Below the pieces are notes generated by a model. It did no database searches. It was not told the origin of the DNA and worked only from the letters and a program-made list of their open reading frames with translations. DNA of 64,000 nt. It comes from Felis catus. Its lineage: Eukaryota. A program made the translations under genes and the position numbers. This document shows, piece after piece, positions 13,801 to 27,719 of this stretch; within the stretch, counting starts at the first letter, position 1; the number at the start of each line of letters is the position of its first letter. The stretch is from contig NC_058368.1 of the NCBI RefSeq assembly GCF_018350175.1, positions 31,994,001 through 32,058,000 on the forward strand, read 5' to 3'.

Positions 13801-15349
13801 ATAACCTGTAATCCTTGGGGAGGTGACAGGTAATTGTGTGTTTGATAGCAACTCTCCCTCATTTCAGTGATTACTTTATTTTTTCTATTTATCTCTCTCT
13901 CTCTTTTTTTTTTTTTTTTTCATTCCTCCACAATGGGTCCTTCAATTGCCTTTGGCTAGACTGGCACTTATATTTTCCATTACATCTGTATTTTCAGTCA
14001 TGAGATTTTATTTTTTGTGCTATTAAATTTACTTGTTTAAAGTTAAGCTTTTAGAGAAAGCTATAGTTAAAAAAGTACCTTGGTATAGTTAAAAGAATTG
14101 AGTTCACTTTTCTAACTTGCAAAATTTCTATTCAGCAGTGCATGTGAGATAGGTAGGTGCCTCACTCATTATCCTGACAAAATATTGTTTTGCCAGATGG
14201 TATTTAAATACTCATGTTTATCTGGACGCTGCACTAAACATTGTCACATTTTTTTTTTTTTTGGTCTGATCTCATTTATGTGACGAATAAAGAATCTCAA
14301 TACAGTAAATAAAATATTTGAGTACTTATTATATGCAAAGTACTATGCACCATTTGATGATAAATTATAATAGGAAAATTATCTCTCTCTTAAACTCCCA
14401 AAGTATTTTGTACCACTTTTGTAATATAGTCCATCTGGTCTGGGCTGTAAGTGTCTGTCTCCTAAACTAAATGAGGAACTTAGGAATTATTTCTTTATAT
14501 CTGGTGCGGTACCAGACATAGTCCTCGGCATATTGTCGATTCTCAATTAACATGGTTTAGTTGTGCTCAATTGATTAGAAGATATGGTTTCAATGTCTTT
14601 AAAAATTACTACTTGAAAATTCTTTAATTGGGGCATAAAGGACATCATTATTTTGGTTCCTTTTGTCTCAGGGATGAATGTGTGTGTCAGTCTTAATAAG
14701 TCAAAGTATTTCATTTCCCTGGCCCCAGTGATTTGGTGAAGGGACATCAGGAGACAGAAAGGGACACAATGCAGACTTTCCCAGGCTGTTCGAAAAAATG
14801 ATTTTGGTTATTTTATACTGCACATGAAGACTGAGTGGTTTTAGGGCCTGGAGGTAGTGCTACTTGATGTGACCTTAGAACAAAGCTAAGCATGGACATA
14901 CATGAAGCTCTAATGGTATCATTGAGTTATGAAATTCAACCATGCCTGAAGAAAGTCCTACCCATGGACTTTTCATTTACACGATCCAACGCATGCATTG
15001 TAGGTTTTTTGTTTTGCTTTTTAAAATTTTATTTATATTTATTTTTTATTTTTTTCCTATGGGGGGCCTTGTTTTTTTGTCATTTGCTACTGAATCATCA
15101 TAATGTTTATAGTATTCAACCTGTACAAATACTCATTCCCAATTCCAAAGTTTCTGGCTTTCAAACTAAATGAGAAGTTCAAGAAACAAGGGTTCTACAG
15201 ATGCTGTACAGTGTATGGAAAAATGCTCTGTGGACTGGAGCTGCCTGGTCTGCCTGACTTGAATTATATGGATTTAAGGCACACCATTTGTTCTAGAAGA
15301 ATTTAGGAGCACAGAAATAAGGCTGGTTCACATATACACACAAAAATGT

Positions 15350-15385
15350 TCTCTGTCTCTCTCTGTCTCTCTCTGTCTCTCTCTC

Positions 15386-15458
<73 letters not shown>
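15350..15458. repeat. Compound (TC)n(AC)n microsatellite
   Basis: Directly visible. Confidence 0.97.
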
Positions 15459-15459
<1 letters not shown>

Positions 15460-15562
15460 GAAATAAGTAGAGTTTCAGCTGAGTCTTTATGTCTTTCCAT
15501 TCAGCATGTATCATAATATGATACTCCTTATTGCAATCATAGTCTTCCTTCTTTTTTATTTA

Positions 15563-15758
15563 AAAAAATCTTTTTAAGTGTTTTTATTTATTTTTAAGAC
15601 AGAGACAGAGAATGAGCAGGGGAGGGGCAGAGAGAGAGGGAGACACAGAATCTGAGCTGTCAGCATAGAGCCCGACGCAGGACTCGAACTCACAGACTTT
15701 GAGATCATGACCTGAGCTGAAGTTGGACGCTTAACCCACCGAGCCACCCAGGCACCCC
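15563..15758 (-). mobile_element. CanSINE with small internal deletion
   Basis: Head ending ccacccaggcacccc. It lacks the agcaggctccaggctctga segment seen in other copies in this window (deletion between tctga repeats). Confidence 0.93.
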
Positions 15759-16393
15759 TTTTTTATTTTAATGGAACTGGTTTGTAAATGATGATATTCC
15801 AGAGTGTTATACCTTAGGAGATTTCACATTAATAAAATTTAAAACAATTGTGATCTGTTGACCTCATTTAACAAAATGCTAATACTTCATGACATGTAAA
15901 ATAGCATAACATTTGCCCATGTAAGATGTAAAATCTTAACCAAAAAATAGACTCTTACCAATAGAAAGACATTTAAATGTTGCTAATTTATAGAACACTG
16001 AATTTTAGGGAAGTGTTAGGAAACAGAATTGTTACATTCTAATCAGTCAGCAGGTACTGTCTCTTTGAGTAATAGCTGCCTTTAATATGCTATGTATAGT
16101 TGGGAGAAATAAAATAGTAAGAAGACACAAATAAATGCTTTATGTATATAGAGACAAATTCCTAAATTAAAAGTTGAATTCTAGCCACTTACTAGCAAAG
16201 GGCAACAAATTAGTAGTTTTTTGATATAACACTTTACTGACCTCAAATATTATTATTTAATCAGCAATTATGGGTGGCTTTACATATTACAGTGTGCTAG
16301 AAAAGGGCTCAGTTTAGCAACACAACACTGATTAAAGGAGTTACCTTAGAGAATAAAGCCATTTAACCACAGATCATTTTTAGAACTGATTTC

Positions 16394-16596
16394 TTTTTTT
16401 TTTTTTTTTTAAGTTTACTTATTTAATTTGAAAGGGAGAGATCATGAGTGGGGGAGGAGCAGAGAGGAAGAAAGAATCTGAAACAGGCTCCACATTCTGA
16501 GCACAGTACCCAATGCAGGTCTTGCACTCACACATCATGAGATTGTGACCTGAGTTGAAGTGGGATGCTCAACCAACTGAGCCAGCCATGCACCCC
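16394..16596 (-). mobile_element. CanSINE
   Basis: Poly-T tail, head ending gccatgcacccc; TSD agaactgatttct/agaactggttcct. Confidence 0.92.
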
Positions 16597-16637
16597 AGAA
16601 CTGGTTCCTGATTTCTACATAAGAAATACCAATTATC

Positions 16638-16757
16638 GGGGTGCAGCTCAGAGCCTCGAGCCAGCTTTTTGGATTCTGTGTCTCCCTCTCTGCTCCTCCC
16701 CCACTTGTGCTCTCTCTGTCTCTTGAAAATGAATAAATATTAAAAAAAATTTAAAAA
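16638..16757 (+). mobile_element. Internally deleted CanSINE (most of tRNA head missing)
   Basis: ggggtg joined directly to cagctcagagcc; CT tract and A tail; TSD aagaaataccaat on both sides. Confidence 0.85.
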
Positions 16758-17499
16758 AAGAAATACCAATATTCAAGTGACAAAGTGTAAGTCAAATGAT
16801 CCATCACTCAAATCATCCTCTACCTTACTTCTAGAGTATAAAATAATGATTTTTTTCATTTAATAACAACACATAACATAATTATTGACCCCAGAAAACA
16901 AGTTAAGTAAAATAAACTAATATCAGAAACAGGATTAGAATTTGCCTGTTGTCTTAGTTAATGGATAGCCGACAACGATGTGATATCTGATGACATATAA
17001 TTTCTGATCTCTTCTCTTCTTTCACAGTATCTATGTTAAAAAAAATCACAAAAATCATAAATGATTTTGCCAAATGTAAGATAATTCAAGGGATTTTGAT
17101 AAAATGTAGATTTTAATTAGAGACAGAGGATCCCAAATGGAAAACACAGGAGCTGAAATAATTGCTATTTTATATTCCAACTTCCATTCTTGCCAAAGGT
17201 CTGTTCTAGGAAGTTCAATATTTTAGTGAAACGCTTTCCATTGTGAAACTGGTTTCCCACACAGTTTAATATTTCTGGTCTAACCAATAGGGTTAAGACG
17301 CATCTGTCTTGTTGTGCTTATCTACTGAGGTGGAAGGGTCAATGAGAATACTGGCAGTATTTAGTGTACTACTGCATCTAGACTTAATGCCTGTTAGGCA
17401 TTGGACACTAGTATATTAGAGCACTGTGTGATCTTCAAGTTGCTTAGGATCTCTGTACTTCAGTTCTCTTACCTATTAAAAAGAAAAAAAAAAAAAGGC

Positions 17500-17730
17500 C
17501 ATATGAGGTAGTGGTTAAGGGCGCAGGCACTCAAACTAAAGTCTGGATTTTACTTCCCCAGCCTGTCATTCACAAATTGCAGAATCTTAGGTAATGTGTT
17601 ATCTTTTCAAGTCCTAATTTTCTAGATGAAGTAATTATGAGGATTAAAGGAGTCAATGCTTGTAAAGCACTTAGGATACTTCCTGTCTCATAGTAAGCAC
17701 TCAGTTAAAGTATAGAATCAACATTATCAT
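17500..17730 (+). mobile_element. MIR
   Basis: gtagtggttaagggcgcagg...gaggattaaa...tgtaaagcacttag...catagtaagcactca. Confidence 0.75.
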
Positions 17731-18559
17731 TAGAGTCAACCAAAGCTTCTGGTGTAAACTTAATTGCAGTAAGTGTAGGGTTTTGCTCTTCTGTTTTCCT
17801 GCCTTGTAATTTTACTGCACTTAAGAATAGTACTATTCTCCACTTCATTTTGACAGATAATGAAAGCAGGGAACAAAATTATGGAATCAAATTGGTCTCC
17901 ATGACTTATTATATCACTTTCTTTAACTGAAAATGGAAAAAATAATTGTAATTAAATTTTTTATGAGCATTAAATATGCTGATTCATTTAAAGCTTTTAG
18001 CTAAAAGCTCAGCATCAGTCAGAACTCAATAAATGTTAACTGTTATTATTATTGGTATTATTACATTACTCTTATATTATGCACTGACATTTTTAGAAAG
18101 GCATGCATATATGGTAAATTCTTAGTGAAAAAAAAAACCCAGATAAATAGTCTAGAAAATGGTACCAAATAATGCGCGTGCATATACACATACAATTTTT
18201 TACTTCGGGTCACCTGTCAGTCCAACCTTTCTCTGAATCTACTCTTATTATAACAGCCTAACAGCTGAGGATTCCTTCTAGGATTCTTTCAGATGCTCCA
18301 TAGTGAAATATGCATGAGAAAAAGAAACATTTGTTCTGATAATTTTGCTTTCTTTTCACTGTGTAATTTTGATGTAGGTATGATAATCTGAGTTAGGGAG
18401 ACAAAGGGGAGAAGGGAACAGAGAACTCTGTTCTGCATTATGGATATTATTTCTAATATTAGTATTATTATCACTATCATCATATGGCATCATCTTAATT
18501 ATTACATTGGTTTTTCTAAATCAGCTCAATATTGAGCTTACACCTATGACTTTTTTTCC

Positions 18560-19482
18560 CTGTCTAGTTTCTCCTAGTCAGTGACCTCATTCCGTCTCTT
18601 GGATATAAATATCACCTCTATGCCAATGAATCCAAAACTGGAACTTTTTCCTAGACATTTTAAGTAAGTGCCAGAATGGAATATTATATCTATTAAGGAT
18701 CTGCATGCTTAGCAACAGAAACTCATCATTTGAAAAGCAAGTATGCTTTGGATGACTTTTCTCTTGCCAGTCTGATAGCCATCTGAAATTCTCAAGTATA
18801 ATATGCTCAAAACAGAACTCTGAATTTTCACTCCATCACTAACACTTTCCTTACTTGGTTTTATATCCATCCAAGTGTTAAAATAATAAATCTAAGAATG
18901 ATTCTTGATTCTAGTCTTTATTTCACTCTTCACATTGCCATCATTTTAGCACCATGAATGAACTTTGGGTCAAAGCTTATGATGAACTGTTTCTTACCAC
19001 TTTTCTTTACAATTACTGCTACCTTTGTAGTACAAGCTATCATCATGTTTTCTGCCCTAATACACAGAATTCCTAACTTGTCTTCCTGTTTATTTGTCTT
19101 CTTTCCAATAGCAGCCACAGTAATTTTTTTTTGTAAAACAGGTCAGTCTATGTCAGTCTTCTGCTTAATTTCCTCCAATTCTTTTCTATCTCATTTAGAA
19201 TAAAATGCAAATATTTACCAAAATATACAAGATCTTAACTAATCTGGGTTTTGAATGTATCCACCATTCTTTCTTTCACTCCCTGTGTTCCACTACATCA
19301 AAGTTGTGTATACTACTGCTTCAGAGCCGTTGCATTTGCTGTTCCCACTGCCTAAAACAATCTTCCCCAGTCTCCCTGTAGAGTGAAAGCTCTGTGAGGG
19401 AAGTGGATTTCTCTATTTTGCTAACTTCTATAAAACCAGTGCCTACATTAGTTGTTGAAACACTATACATTCTTAATAAGTA
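18560..19482 (+). mobile_element. L2 3' region
   Basis: atcacctctatgc, ctcaaaacagaactc, ttgcatttgctgttcccactgcct and gaaagctctgtgagggaag resemble L2a consensus motifs. Confidence 0.75.
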
Positions 19483-19687
19483 TTTTTAATGTTTATTTAT
19501 TTTTGAGAGAGAGAGAGAGAGAGAGCATGAGCGGGGGAGAGGCAGAGAGAGGAGGCAGACAGAGGATCTGAAGTGGGCTCTATGCTGACAGCAGAGAGCC
19601 TGATGCGGGGCTTGAACTCATGAACTGTGAGATCACGACCTGAGCTGAATGTGGGACACTTAACCAACTGAGCTACCCAGACACCCC
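19483..19687 (-). mobile_element. CanSINE
   Basis: (GA)n, head ending ctacccagacacccc; flanks aagtattttt. Confidence 0.93.
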
Positions 19688-19733
19688 AAAAAGTATTTTT
19701 AATGTATAAAATTAGTTAAACTCTGCCATTTTC

Positions 19734-19968
19734 TTTTTTTTTATTTTATTATTTTATTTTTTTTTAAACGTTTATTTATTTTTGGGACAGAGAGAGACAG
19801 AGCATAAATGGGGGAGGGGCAGAGAGAGAGGGAGACACAGAATCGGAAACAGGCTCCAGGCTCCGAGCCATCAGCCCAGAGCCTGACGCGGGGCTCGAAC
19901 TCACGGACTGTGAGATCGTGACCTGGCTGAAGTCGGACGCTTAACCGACTGCGCCACCCAGGCGCCCC
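19734..19968 (-). mobile_element. Young CanSINE (SINEC_Fc-like)
   Basis: CpGs intact; perfect 17-bp TSD taaactctgccattttc (19717-19733 / 19969-19985). Confidence 0.97.
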
Positions 19969-19989
19969 TAAACTCTGCCATTTTCACCT

Positions 19990-20642
19990 TGTCAACTAAC
20001 AATGTTAAACTTTACTGAAGCTCTATGATCCTGGGAAACAGGGAAGGTAAAGAAATCCTCTCACCTTTTTGTGTTCTGTGAAACAGCTGGTACAAAGAAC
20101 CATCCTTATCCATATGACATATAGGACTCACGGGTGCCTTTTATTCACCTATGGCAAGACCAAGACACAGACCCTTCAAGTTCCCTTTCTTTACCTCATA
20201 ACTGATTATTAGCTGAACTGTTTGTCCCCAGTAATCAATTGGAATAAAATGCCCATTATCGAAATGATCAAACTTGAGTTAAGCTTCCATCTTTCCCCAG
20301 ATTTTTAAACCTTGACACATACTCATCTGAGCCACACCAGATGTCCTTACAACCCATTAGCAAACAACTCCTCCTCATTAGCCTCTTCAAGGAATAGACT
20401 GGCATTAGGTAAAACATTCTGTGATTTACTATCCAATCACATCACCTCTACTCTTTCATCCCATTTCCCCATACCCCATTCTGTTTCCTCACACAGAGTT
20501 CTCTTTACCATGTTTAATCTTCCCTGTAAAATAAAATCCCTTTTCTGCCTGATGTTTGTGGCCCTTGCAGATTTCATTGTCAGGATAATCCTTTTGAATA
20601 AAGTCTTTTCTTACTGAACCAGGATGTGTTTTTTATTTGACA
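19990..20642 (+). mobile_element. Solo ERV LTR (ERV1-like)
   Basis: TG...CA termini with tgtcaa/ttgaca inverted ends, about 650 bp, aataaagtc poly(A) signal near the 3' end. Confidence 0.65.
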
Positions 20643-21738
20643 CAGCATGCCATCACACTCTGCTCTTGCCTTTCTAGAATCCATTTTACATACAGCAACA
20701 GGAGTGTTTTTAAAATTAACATAAATTAAATCTCATGATTCACCTGTTAAAGCCTCCCAATGACTTCCATTGAAGGCAGAATCCTTAGGATGTGATACAA
20801 AGTTCTAAGTCACCTACTTCCCTCTGTCTCTCTAATACCAGCAGTCCTACACTCTCTTCTTCTTTCCCATCCTCTGCCTTAATGGTTTCTTAATTTTTGT
20901 GGATTTATTTGAATACATAACCACATTATTATTTACATTTTTTTCCTATTTCAGTGGATATTGGGATTGGGAGATGAATTACTCACAGATTCTCAATTTA
21001 TTATATTCAAAGGTTGGTACAATGTTAGATTGAATACTTAATAAGGTAAACATCTGTTTTAAAAATCCTTTACACAATTAAGTATTTATAAAATGTGAGT
21101 GAATATTTAAAACTATAATAATAGTTGTACATTCACTGGCTATCAGATACTGTGCTAATTACTTTTTATATTTTTAAAATGTATTTATCATAACAACTAT
21201 GTTCTAGATAGTATTGCTTTCATAATTTAAGGGGAAAGAGCAAGGCTCAAGAAGATTAAGTAGGCTAAACATGGGCTTCAAGCAAGTGATAGGGAATTTA
21301 ATGGATACACTTTAGGCTTCAGAAAATTATGTTTTTCCCAATATATCATAGAAACTATTAAAAATTTAAGAAAATTAAAAGCATGGTAGTAATTATTACA
21401 AAGTTACTATAATTTTTTAATAATTTTATAGTAATTATTTGAAGATGTTACATTCATCTGGACATTTGAGCAGGTAGGATAGCTATCATGGCTCTTATTT
21501 CATTGAATTCTTTAAGATTTTTTTGAGATGAAAGTAAAATTATGAGTATTATTCCTCAGGGCCATTACTTTTGCAGTGTTTTGAGATGTTTTGTCAGTAA
21601 AAACAATGAATTTTCATGTGATGACTCACAAGGCTTCTGGCAATATTTATGTTTCTAATAGCACTTTGAAGTCAAGTAAACAAACATATAATAAAATTTA
21701 ATTCTATAGAACTATAGTTATAAAATAGTAATTTAAAA

Positions 21739-21946
21739 TTTTTTTAATGTTTTATTTATTCTTGAGAGAGACAGAGCGTGAGCGGGGGAGGGGCAGAGAG
21801 CGAGGGAGACACAGAACCCAAAAGCAGGCTCTAGGCTCTGAGCTGTCAGCACAGAGCCTGACATGGGGCTGGAACTCAAAAACCGTGAGACCATGACCTG
21901 AGCCACAAAGTCGGATGCCTAGCCGACTGAGCCACCCAGGCATCCC
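21739..21946 (-). mobile_element. CanSINE
   Basis: Poly-T tail, GA tract, head ending ccacccaggcatccc. Confidence 0.95.
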
Positions 21947-22820
21947 ATGAAGTGGTGATTTTTAAGAGAAGTTTTAATTGTCACAGTAATCTTATTAAAA
22001 CAGTAGAATATAATAGTTTTATAGTGATTTTCCAATAGATTACAAATTAGATGAAAAAAATTTTAAATGCAAACTATCAGAAATAACTTTTTCAGAACTT
22101 GTAACTAGAGTTATAAGAATTTCGACATTATAAAGTAAGTAGGTGCAAATGTTGTTTAAAGTATGTAAAAAAAACTTTATGACTTTAATTACTTATAATA
22201 TGTGCATTAAAATGTAAATCTACAAATGTTCATTAGAAATGTAATATAATATTGAAAATCAGCATCAAAGTGTTCAAATATGTATTAAATCAATTAAAAA
22301 TCAAATATTAAGAATATTTTTGGCTATTGGGAAGAATAGTTTAGTGCCAATATTATCGGCACTGGAAATACCTTTACTAAATATTCTCAAGGGAAAGAAA
22401 GAAATTGATGGACAGTGACCATATTTGTGTTACACATACCTTACATGTAATGTCCATAATTTTGTTATATATGAAATTTAATGAATAATTATGATTGTAT
22501 TCTTATTATAATAAATAGCAGTCTTCTCTGTTGAGAACATAGTTACATGTACTTTATGTCATTAGCTCATCCACACTCATATTTTCTACAATGATCATAA
22601 ATTATGTATATAATACAGACTATAGAGTTCATAGAAATACTTAAATGAATTGTATTAAGCAATAAATTTTATCACTAAGAGAGGAATAGTTGTAATTTAA
22701 CAATGGGGAATGATTACTTTTTCTCTAACATTTATTAATGCAACTAATGATATATATATTAAGTCAGAACTCTATTTGTTTAAAAAGGTAAGTTTTCTAA
22801 GAAAATAACAATCAAAACCC

Positions 22821-22826
22821 TTATTA

Positions 22827-22859
<33 letters not shown>

Positions 22860-22872
22860 TGTTATTATTTTA
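22821..22872. repeat. (TAT)n microsatellite
   Basis: Directly visible. Confidence 0.9.
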
Positions 22873-23928
22873 TAAGAGCCAGAAGTGCAGCTTATTGTTC
22901 AGAGCCTCAATGAGGACCATAGTTGTGTGTGCTCCTTGCTGCCATTATAATGACTGCTTATCCTATATCAAAATCCTGGGATCCGGCCTTGTTTTAGGCA
23001 ACATTTTGGACAATTTTTTGTTCTGGTTTTAATTTTTTATTATTATTGACAACAAACAAAAAAACTAAACATGTATCAGAAACACACATTCACTCATCAC
23101 TCTGTAAAATCATACCATGTAGTTAATTAATTTAAAAATACTCAATTACTGCAATTGTTGAAATTTTTTCTTCTATAATCCTACAATCCTAAAATATTTT
23201 TTTTTGTTTTTTTTAAGTTAAAAATCAAAAGTTTAGTCATCTCCCCCCAAAACACCAATGCTCAGTCGAAAATAGCAGCTGCCGAATTGCCTCGTGTATA
23301 CCATGCTAACTAGAGCATGCATTATCGTTCTCTTGATTGGTCTGTGTAATCGAGTAAAGTTACATTTTTCTGATTCAGAATTGAGAACTAAAATAATCCT
23401 GTGAGAAAACAAAAGGGAAGATTTGTGTACCAGATGTGTTGACCACTGCAGCCTATTTTACAAAGGATTGTACTGTATCATGTGAAGAATTGAATCATGC
23501 CAACAAAAAATGATCACTTTAGCTCTCAGGTACTCTAATTTGAAAATAGAACTCCAAATTGTCTTCTTATTTCTTTGAAGATTTTAATGAAACCACAGAA
23601 AGCGTAAAACAAGAAATTGTTGGTATTTTGTCGAACATTGCTGTTGCTCCATTCTCTCTTTGCTTCTTTTGTGGGACTCCAGCCCAGCTTATGCCAGACT
23701 CTAACCATGTTTAACATTTCTGATGTGCTTTTTTATGTTATATTTTTTCTGCATTAATTTTTAAATTTTAAATTTTAATTTGTGTATTTTTTCCTTTTTC
23801 AAAAAACTTTGGTGATTTATATTTGTCTAGAAAACTATTCTTTTTTTTCTCTTCCTTCCCAGTAACTCCCACCCCACTTTCTCCTACTGTAGCAGCAGTT
23901 TTTGGAGTAAAGTTGTTATTTTAGCTTA

Positions 23929-24136
23929 ATTTTTTAAAATATTTATTTATTTTTGAGAGAGAGACAGAGTGTTTGTAGGGGAGCGGCAGAGAGGGAGGGA
24001 GACACAGAATCCAAAGCAGGCTCCAGGTTCTGAACTGTCACAACAGAGCCCGATGTGGGGCTCAAACTCACAAACAGTGAGATCATCACCTGAGCCAAAG
24101 TCAGATGCTTAACCAACTGAGCCACCCAGGCACCTC
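23929..24136 (-). mobile_element. CanSINE
   Basis: Head ending ccacccaggcacctc; flanks tattttagctt/tattttaactt. Confidence 0.95.
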
Positions 24137-24759
24137 TATTTTAACTTTTTTAAAGCTGCATTTTTGTGTATTGATTCTATTAATTATTTGGGTTTTTGTT
24201 TGTTTTCTATTATAATAATTTATGGTATTTCTGTGTTATGTGCTTTCTTCTACTTTAGTAATGTTCCTCTGATGTTCTTTTTTGAGCTTACACTTTTGAG
24301 CTTATACAATCATAGAACAATAGGATTTGGAGGATATAAATTTATCTTTCAGTTCTCTTTTAATGGACCCCTTAGGTTTTTATTTTCATTGTTTTCTAAA
24401 TATTTTGTCATTTGTGCTGTCCTTGTGTTAATTAGAATCAGGTTGTACATTTAAAAACTAAATTTTTATAAACTACTTTAAATTAATACTATGTTGTAAT
24501 TTATTATCAGTTTAGAATATTTTGAGATGCCCTATGGGATTTATTTGCAGTCCATTCAAAAACTATATATATAATCTGGTATTTTCTTTTCCACTAAATT
24601 TTAAGATCTTTTTTTGGAAAGTAGTACATGATGTGTTTGAAATGCAAAAGTATGTAGTGTATACAAGATAGAAAATCTTGTTTCTACCCCATCTATGCCA
24701 TCTCTTTGACCTTTCTGTGTTGTTCTTCCTATTTTTGTGAATAATTTTCTATTATATTT

Positions 24760-24993
24760 TTTCTTTTATTTTTTTAATTTTATTTTTTTAATTTTTTTAA
24801 TTTTTTTTTTAAATTTTAGAGACAGAATGTGAGTGGGGAAGAGGGCTGAGGGGTAGAGAGAATCTTAAGTAGGCTCCATGCTCAGCATGGAGCCTGATGC
24901 AGAACTTGATCCCACAATTCTGGAATCTTAGGATCATGACCTGAATCAAAACCAAGAGTTGGATGCTTAACCATCTGAGCCACCAGTCACCCC
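24760..24993 (-). mobile_element. CanSINE (older type) with long T-rich tail
   Basis: gagagaatcttaagtaggctccatgctcagcatggagcc...gagccaccagtcacccc. Confidence 0.9.
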
Positions 24994-27719
24994 TTACATT
25001 TTTCTTAAAAAGAATTACTATAGTATATTTTACAGGCAGAATTATTTTTCTTGTGTTATTTTTATACAGTAAAGCATCACATTTTCCTTTTCTTCTTGGT
25101 TTTTATTCATAATTAGAATGCTTCTGTCTTCTTCAAATTTTAAGGGAGTTTGTTCTTTTAGTGCATGTATTGTTCATTTTGTACATTTAGTTTGATAATG
25201 TTTTGCAGTTTATCCTGATAGATGTCATGAGGAGTTATCCTAATTTGCCTTTTATTTTTTTATCAAGCAGGTAATACATAGTCTTTCCTTATTTATTAAA
25301 TAGTTCATAATTACTTCTATTATTTTGAGGAGCCAACATATGCTAAAATTCTTAAAGTTGTTTAGATTTATTTCTGTCCTTATGTTCTGTGCTATTGGTC
25401 TATATCCCTCTATATATAAACGAATTCCATATGTCTTAATATGTTTTAGTTTTTAATGGTAATTTTTATAATTACAAGAGTAATTATCCCCTCATTTTCT
25501 AACTTTTTAAACTTTATTTTGCTATTATTACTTGTTTGTGGTATATGTGTGTTTAGCTGGTTGTTTTCACATAAACTTTAGAATAAGAATGATTAAAGAA
25601 AGCAATTCACAGAGTTACAACCCTGACTATATTCAGGAAATGAGGAAGACATATCCCCAAGTGCTGGCATTAGGATCATGTCAGGTCAACCATGTTACCA
25701 GATCAAGAAATAGAATGAACTTTGGCTCCAGGAATAAACACCATGTTTTTCTGTTAAAGCCAGAGGTTTTTCTATTCAGCCACCACCTGAACTCAGTCCA
25801 GAACAACACTGCACCTGCTACAGTCCCACATTATCAAAAGCATTATCAAGCACACTTCCTGTGCTGCCTCTGTGACTCAGTCCACATTCAAGTCTGTGCC
25901 AATGCATCTGATTAACAAAAACTACTCCTCCTCTGTAACTTTAACCACAAAGTGATCTAGGTAATATTTAAACTTTTTTTTTTTTACCTCTGAAATATAG
26001 GAAGGTCACTTGCAGGAGGGTAAGATTGCCAAAATATTAAATCCACTATATTGCACAACCTTATGTGTACATTCTTCTCTTTGAGCATCCTAAACATGAT
26101 CTTCAAAGTTATTGTTACATTCATAAAGACAACTTTGTTCTAATGGATGGATACTAGTTCTGACTATTCACTTGGTTATCTTTCTTGACATTAGCTTTTT
26201 AAAATTTTTTCTATTTTTTTTCTAGTTTTGTTAGCAGGACAATTTTGAGTGGTTATTTTGGTTTTTATCAGTTTCCTTTTCCTTTCTCCCATGGCATTTT
26301 TTAATGTTCTCCGTATCTACTCTTAGTTTCAAAAAACGTATAGGATGGTTCCAGATTCTATGTGTTTCTGTTGAGCTGTTACCCCAGGTGTAGTTCCGCT
26401 GGAAGGAACACTGGCTGGGTGCCTCTCCATTTTTTTCTGTCTTCTCGCCCACAGCTTTCCAAGAACCTATGTCTGGCAGTAGGTTGTCAGTGATGTACTC
26501 CAGGTTCTTTATGATTCCCAACTACTGGCTTCAAGAAGTGAGTGTTGGAGCCCCATATGACTTAGAAAATTTATTTTCTGTTAATACATTTGAGCTCCTA
26601 TTCACCATTTTCTCTGTAGACTAAGAGCTCAGCAGACTCAGAGTGAGCAAAACTCACTGCTTTGTGTTGCTGTGAGCTTTCTGGTAGTCAGAAAAATTCA
26701 TAAAGGACATTTATGGACTTTTTGTTGTCTCTATGTTTTATCTATTATTGCTATTTGTTTAGAGCAGAGAATCATATGTGCGGAGATATACACTTAGTAT
26801 ACCACTATAGTCCAAAGAGTTAGATTTGACATAAAAATATTTCAATGCAAGGCAAACCTTTAATACTGCCTTTTTTTTTTTTTTTTTTATCCCACCCATT
26901 GAACCCACTTGGTTTTATAATTCTTTGAAATCTTATTTGGTGCTCTACTGATTTTATGAAAGATTTTTTTTTGTCTAGAAAGATTACTATACAATAACTT
27001 TTGAAACCGGTCCCAGTTCTGTAAATAATCTGAACAAGAAATAAAGTTGATGTCATCTATTCTTTTCTAACACATTTTGTAGTTCTGGTAATGTTGATGG
27101 ATACTGCTATTTAAAATAGTTATTTGTCGTGTTTTTGTATATCACATAGCATCATAGCATTACAAGCTGGGATGTTGATCTGATAATAACAGAGAAAGAC
27201 TGCAGAGTTTGCAGGACATGGCTGAAATGAATAAGACACTCAAAAACAGAAGTCATAACTGAACCCTCTGGAAAACACACATGCATGCACGCGCACACAC
27301 ACACAAACAGGCCAGTAATTTCTGACTGATTCTAATCTTAATTTTAGTCATGATAAGGAAGTACCTCTTTCCTTATTAACCAAATTGAACTTATTATCAT
27401 TATTATTTTTTACTTTTTTCCTTTATAGAGTAGGCCTTGAGAGCTCTAGTAAGCAGGGGTAGGAAATCTGCTAAATAAATAGAGCAGCTCTCCCCATTCT
27501 AGGAACACCCAGGGATTTGACTTGTTCAAGCTCAAATGATAAAACAAATAGTCACCAAAGCAAACAAGAACCTTGTGTTGTAATAGACTTTCCCCTAAAG
27601 TATTGATGCTACAAACCTAAATAGCTTATATTTCATGGAGCTTTTCTTATTAACTTTTCCCCCTGACAATTCTCCATGTAACTATAGATACCTCAACAAT
27701 TCTGATACTTATATGTATT

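Noticed and set aside
25532..25915. 127-aa ORF
   Set aside because: TTG start, no recognisable domain or convincing splice context; it lies among degraded repeats.
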